A DNA stretch of 57,722 nucleotides, filler included, from Platydemus manokwari (Eukaryota), in assembly GCA_037951405.1 (NCBI GenBank). It is 5 parts of 5 records of this genome, joined end to end, with 100 filler letters (N's around TTAATTAATTAA, not from the genome) between each part and the next. Parts side by side here need not be neighbours in the genome. Positions count along the whole stretch, not along the records: positions 44,046 to 57,722 come from JBBMOY011648069.1; 4 more parts are not named here. The stretch is one strand, 5' to 3'. How positions within the stretch are numbered: the first letter of the stretch is position 1; every line of letters begins with the position of its first letter. A program made the translations under genes and the position numbers. Positions 55,997 through 57,722 of this stretch are shown in pieces. Under the pieces are notes generated by a model, which was not told the origin of the DNA, ran no database searches, and was given only the letters and a program-made list of their open reading frames with translations.

Positions 55997-57722
55997 GCAA
56001 AGGCGAAAAGAAGGTGTTGAACATGCGATTTTTGTCGATCTGATAATCCATTTGACGGTTCTAAAAAAAGACAAAAAATAGTCAAAAACGTTTACTTTAA
56101 TCTAGTAGAGCATAGCACGGGCTTTCTAATGGTATATATCACTTTGCCAAACATCAAAAAGTCTTTGTATTACAAATAGTTTCATATGAGTTTTTACTTA
56201 AAAGACGATGATATCTTGTTTACACAAGAATTCAGCTAACCAACAAACTGTAGAGAACATTATTTTTAAAATTAATATAGTTATTATCGTGTAATTTGAT
56301 AATGATAAATTTTCGTTATCTACTTTCTGACTGTATTATCCATGTTTATATCTGGTTATTGACTTTAGTCTGCGTAAATACTGTGCGCATATTACTGGGA
56401 CTACATTATTTTGTCAGGTTTGTTGTAGTTAGCTGCTGTTAACAATTTTAAATTATAGTGATCAAAAAATAGTAGTATATCAATTTATGAAATATTATTA
56501 AACGTATAAAAGAATTTTTATATGAAAATTAATATTGAATATTTTATGTTAATTTTGGAAACTTTATGGTCAATAGAAATAAAGTATAATATAAATTAAA
56601 TCCAAATAATAATCCTTACAATTAGTAAAACATATATACCCTGTAACAAACCTATCCATTAAAACAATGTTCTAATAAATTGCTAATCAAATAATTAGTT
56701 ATTAGGCTTAGCAAATTATAGATGTCGGTAAAATAATCTCACAAAATAAATTTATTTCCAGAAAATATTTATTTGCCACAATAAATTTATGGACACCGTA
56801 GAGAATTGCTAGCAGTGCCTCACTGATACCTATAAAAGACAGCGTTCAAATCATTACATACATAATTGTTACATAAGAAAATTAGGACACGACTGGCAAT
56901 TAAGGAAGATTATTCCGTATCGGAAATCAGACTTCGATATATTCTCAGTATTCTACTGGAAGCCTCAACAGTAAGATACCATATTTATAAAATCATATGT
57001 ATAATTTATATATTCACAATCTAGAGTCACAAAGAAACATTTTGATAAAGATATTTTTCCAATATCTACGAAAGTGTTTATTGAAGTCTTTATCAATGTT
57101 TCCTTGAATTGTTAAAACTGTAATCAATTGTTTAAATGCATAAAAGTATTATTTAAAATCATTGTAATTCATTGTTCACTATTAATATTTATTTTAGTAT
57201 TTATGTTCAATTGATAAAGTATCGGTAGGATTCATTTGGTTAAAATCAGCGCCTATTTGGGATAGTTGTTGTAGTAAATTAATAAAGACCGATAAAAATA
57301 ATAATTAAACCAATGAAAATATAGAGACAGTTATAGAATCAAAATTCACATTAAACCCATTATCTCCATATAAGTTGTCGAACACGGAGTTGAAAGAAGA
57401 TCTATTAATTAGGTTAACTTACTACTTGACGGTTGAAAGGAACACAACATGCTAGTATAAGCGACGATCAATATTATAATAAAATAGAAATAATTAAAAT
57501 AAAAACCAATGACACCCAAACGTAACGCAGTGACATTTTCAATATTTTGCCAACTATTTAGAAATGAAATTCATTTATTAGGGTGATCGATATGAAATGC
57601 ACAAGTGACTTCTAAAAATGTAAATAAGTGTAACTTTTTTCTTTGTTAATATATTTAATCAAAATAACTTCCATTCGCTTCTATACACTTTTGCCAATGG
57701 GAAACCAGCTTATTTATGCCGC

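Noticed and set aside
55825-56085. 86-aa ORF as a gene
   Set aside because: It lies mostly antisense within repeat family A and is broken in the other copies.

Overview
This is AT-rich eukaryotic DNA, probably from an animal, with many very short (~37-55 nt) GT-AG introns. It is not one continuous molecule: four 100-nt linkers (N44-TTAATTAATTAA-N44) join five segments (1-14381, 14482-24551, 24652-34530, 34631-43945, 44046-57722). Recognisable genes are an intronless, truncated and highly diverged TAF1-like ORF; PAK1IP1/MAK11 and NOC3 arranged head-to-head; intronless AGMO; RRP4/EXOSC2; and calcineurin A. There is also a small spliced orphan gene. The rest is largely decayed mobile DNA: mariner elements, a Chapaev-like relic, a Ty3/Gypsy remnant lacking RT, several LTR-like repeat families, a hAT MITE and a Polinton/Maverick-type packaging ATPase pseudogene. 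The best leads are the TAF1-like gene (no bromodomains or zinc knuckle, eroded DNA-binding motifs), the viral ATPase relic, a perfect 36-bp-arm palindrome and a frame-preserving 24-nt candidate micro-exon in calcineurin A. No CRISPR array, rRNA or tRNA could be supported. I cannot show a wholly new multi-gene system from this sequence. All family assignments come from motif recognition by eye, not from database searches.
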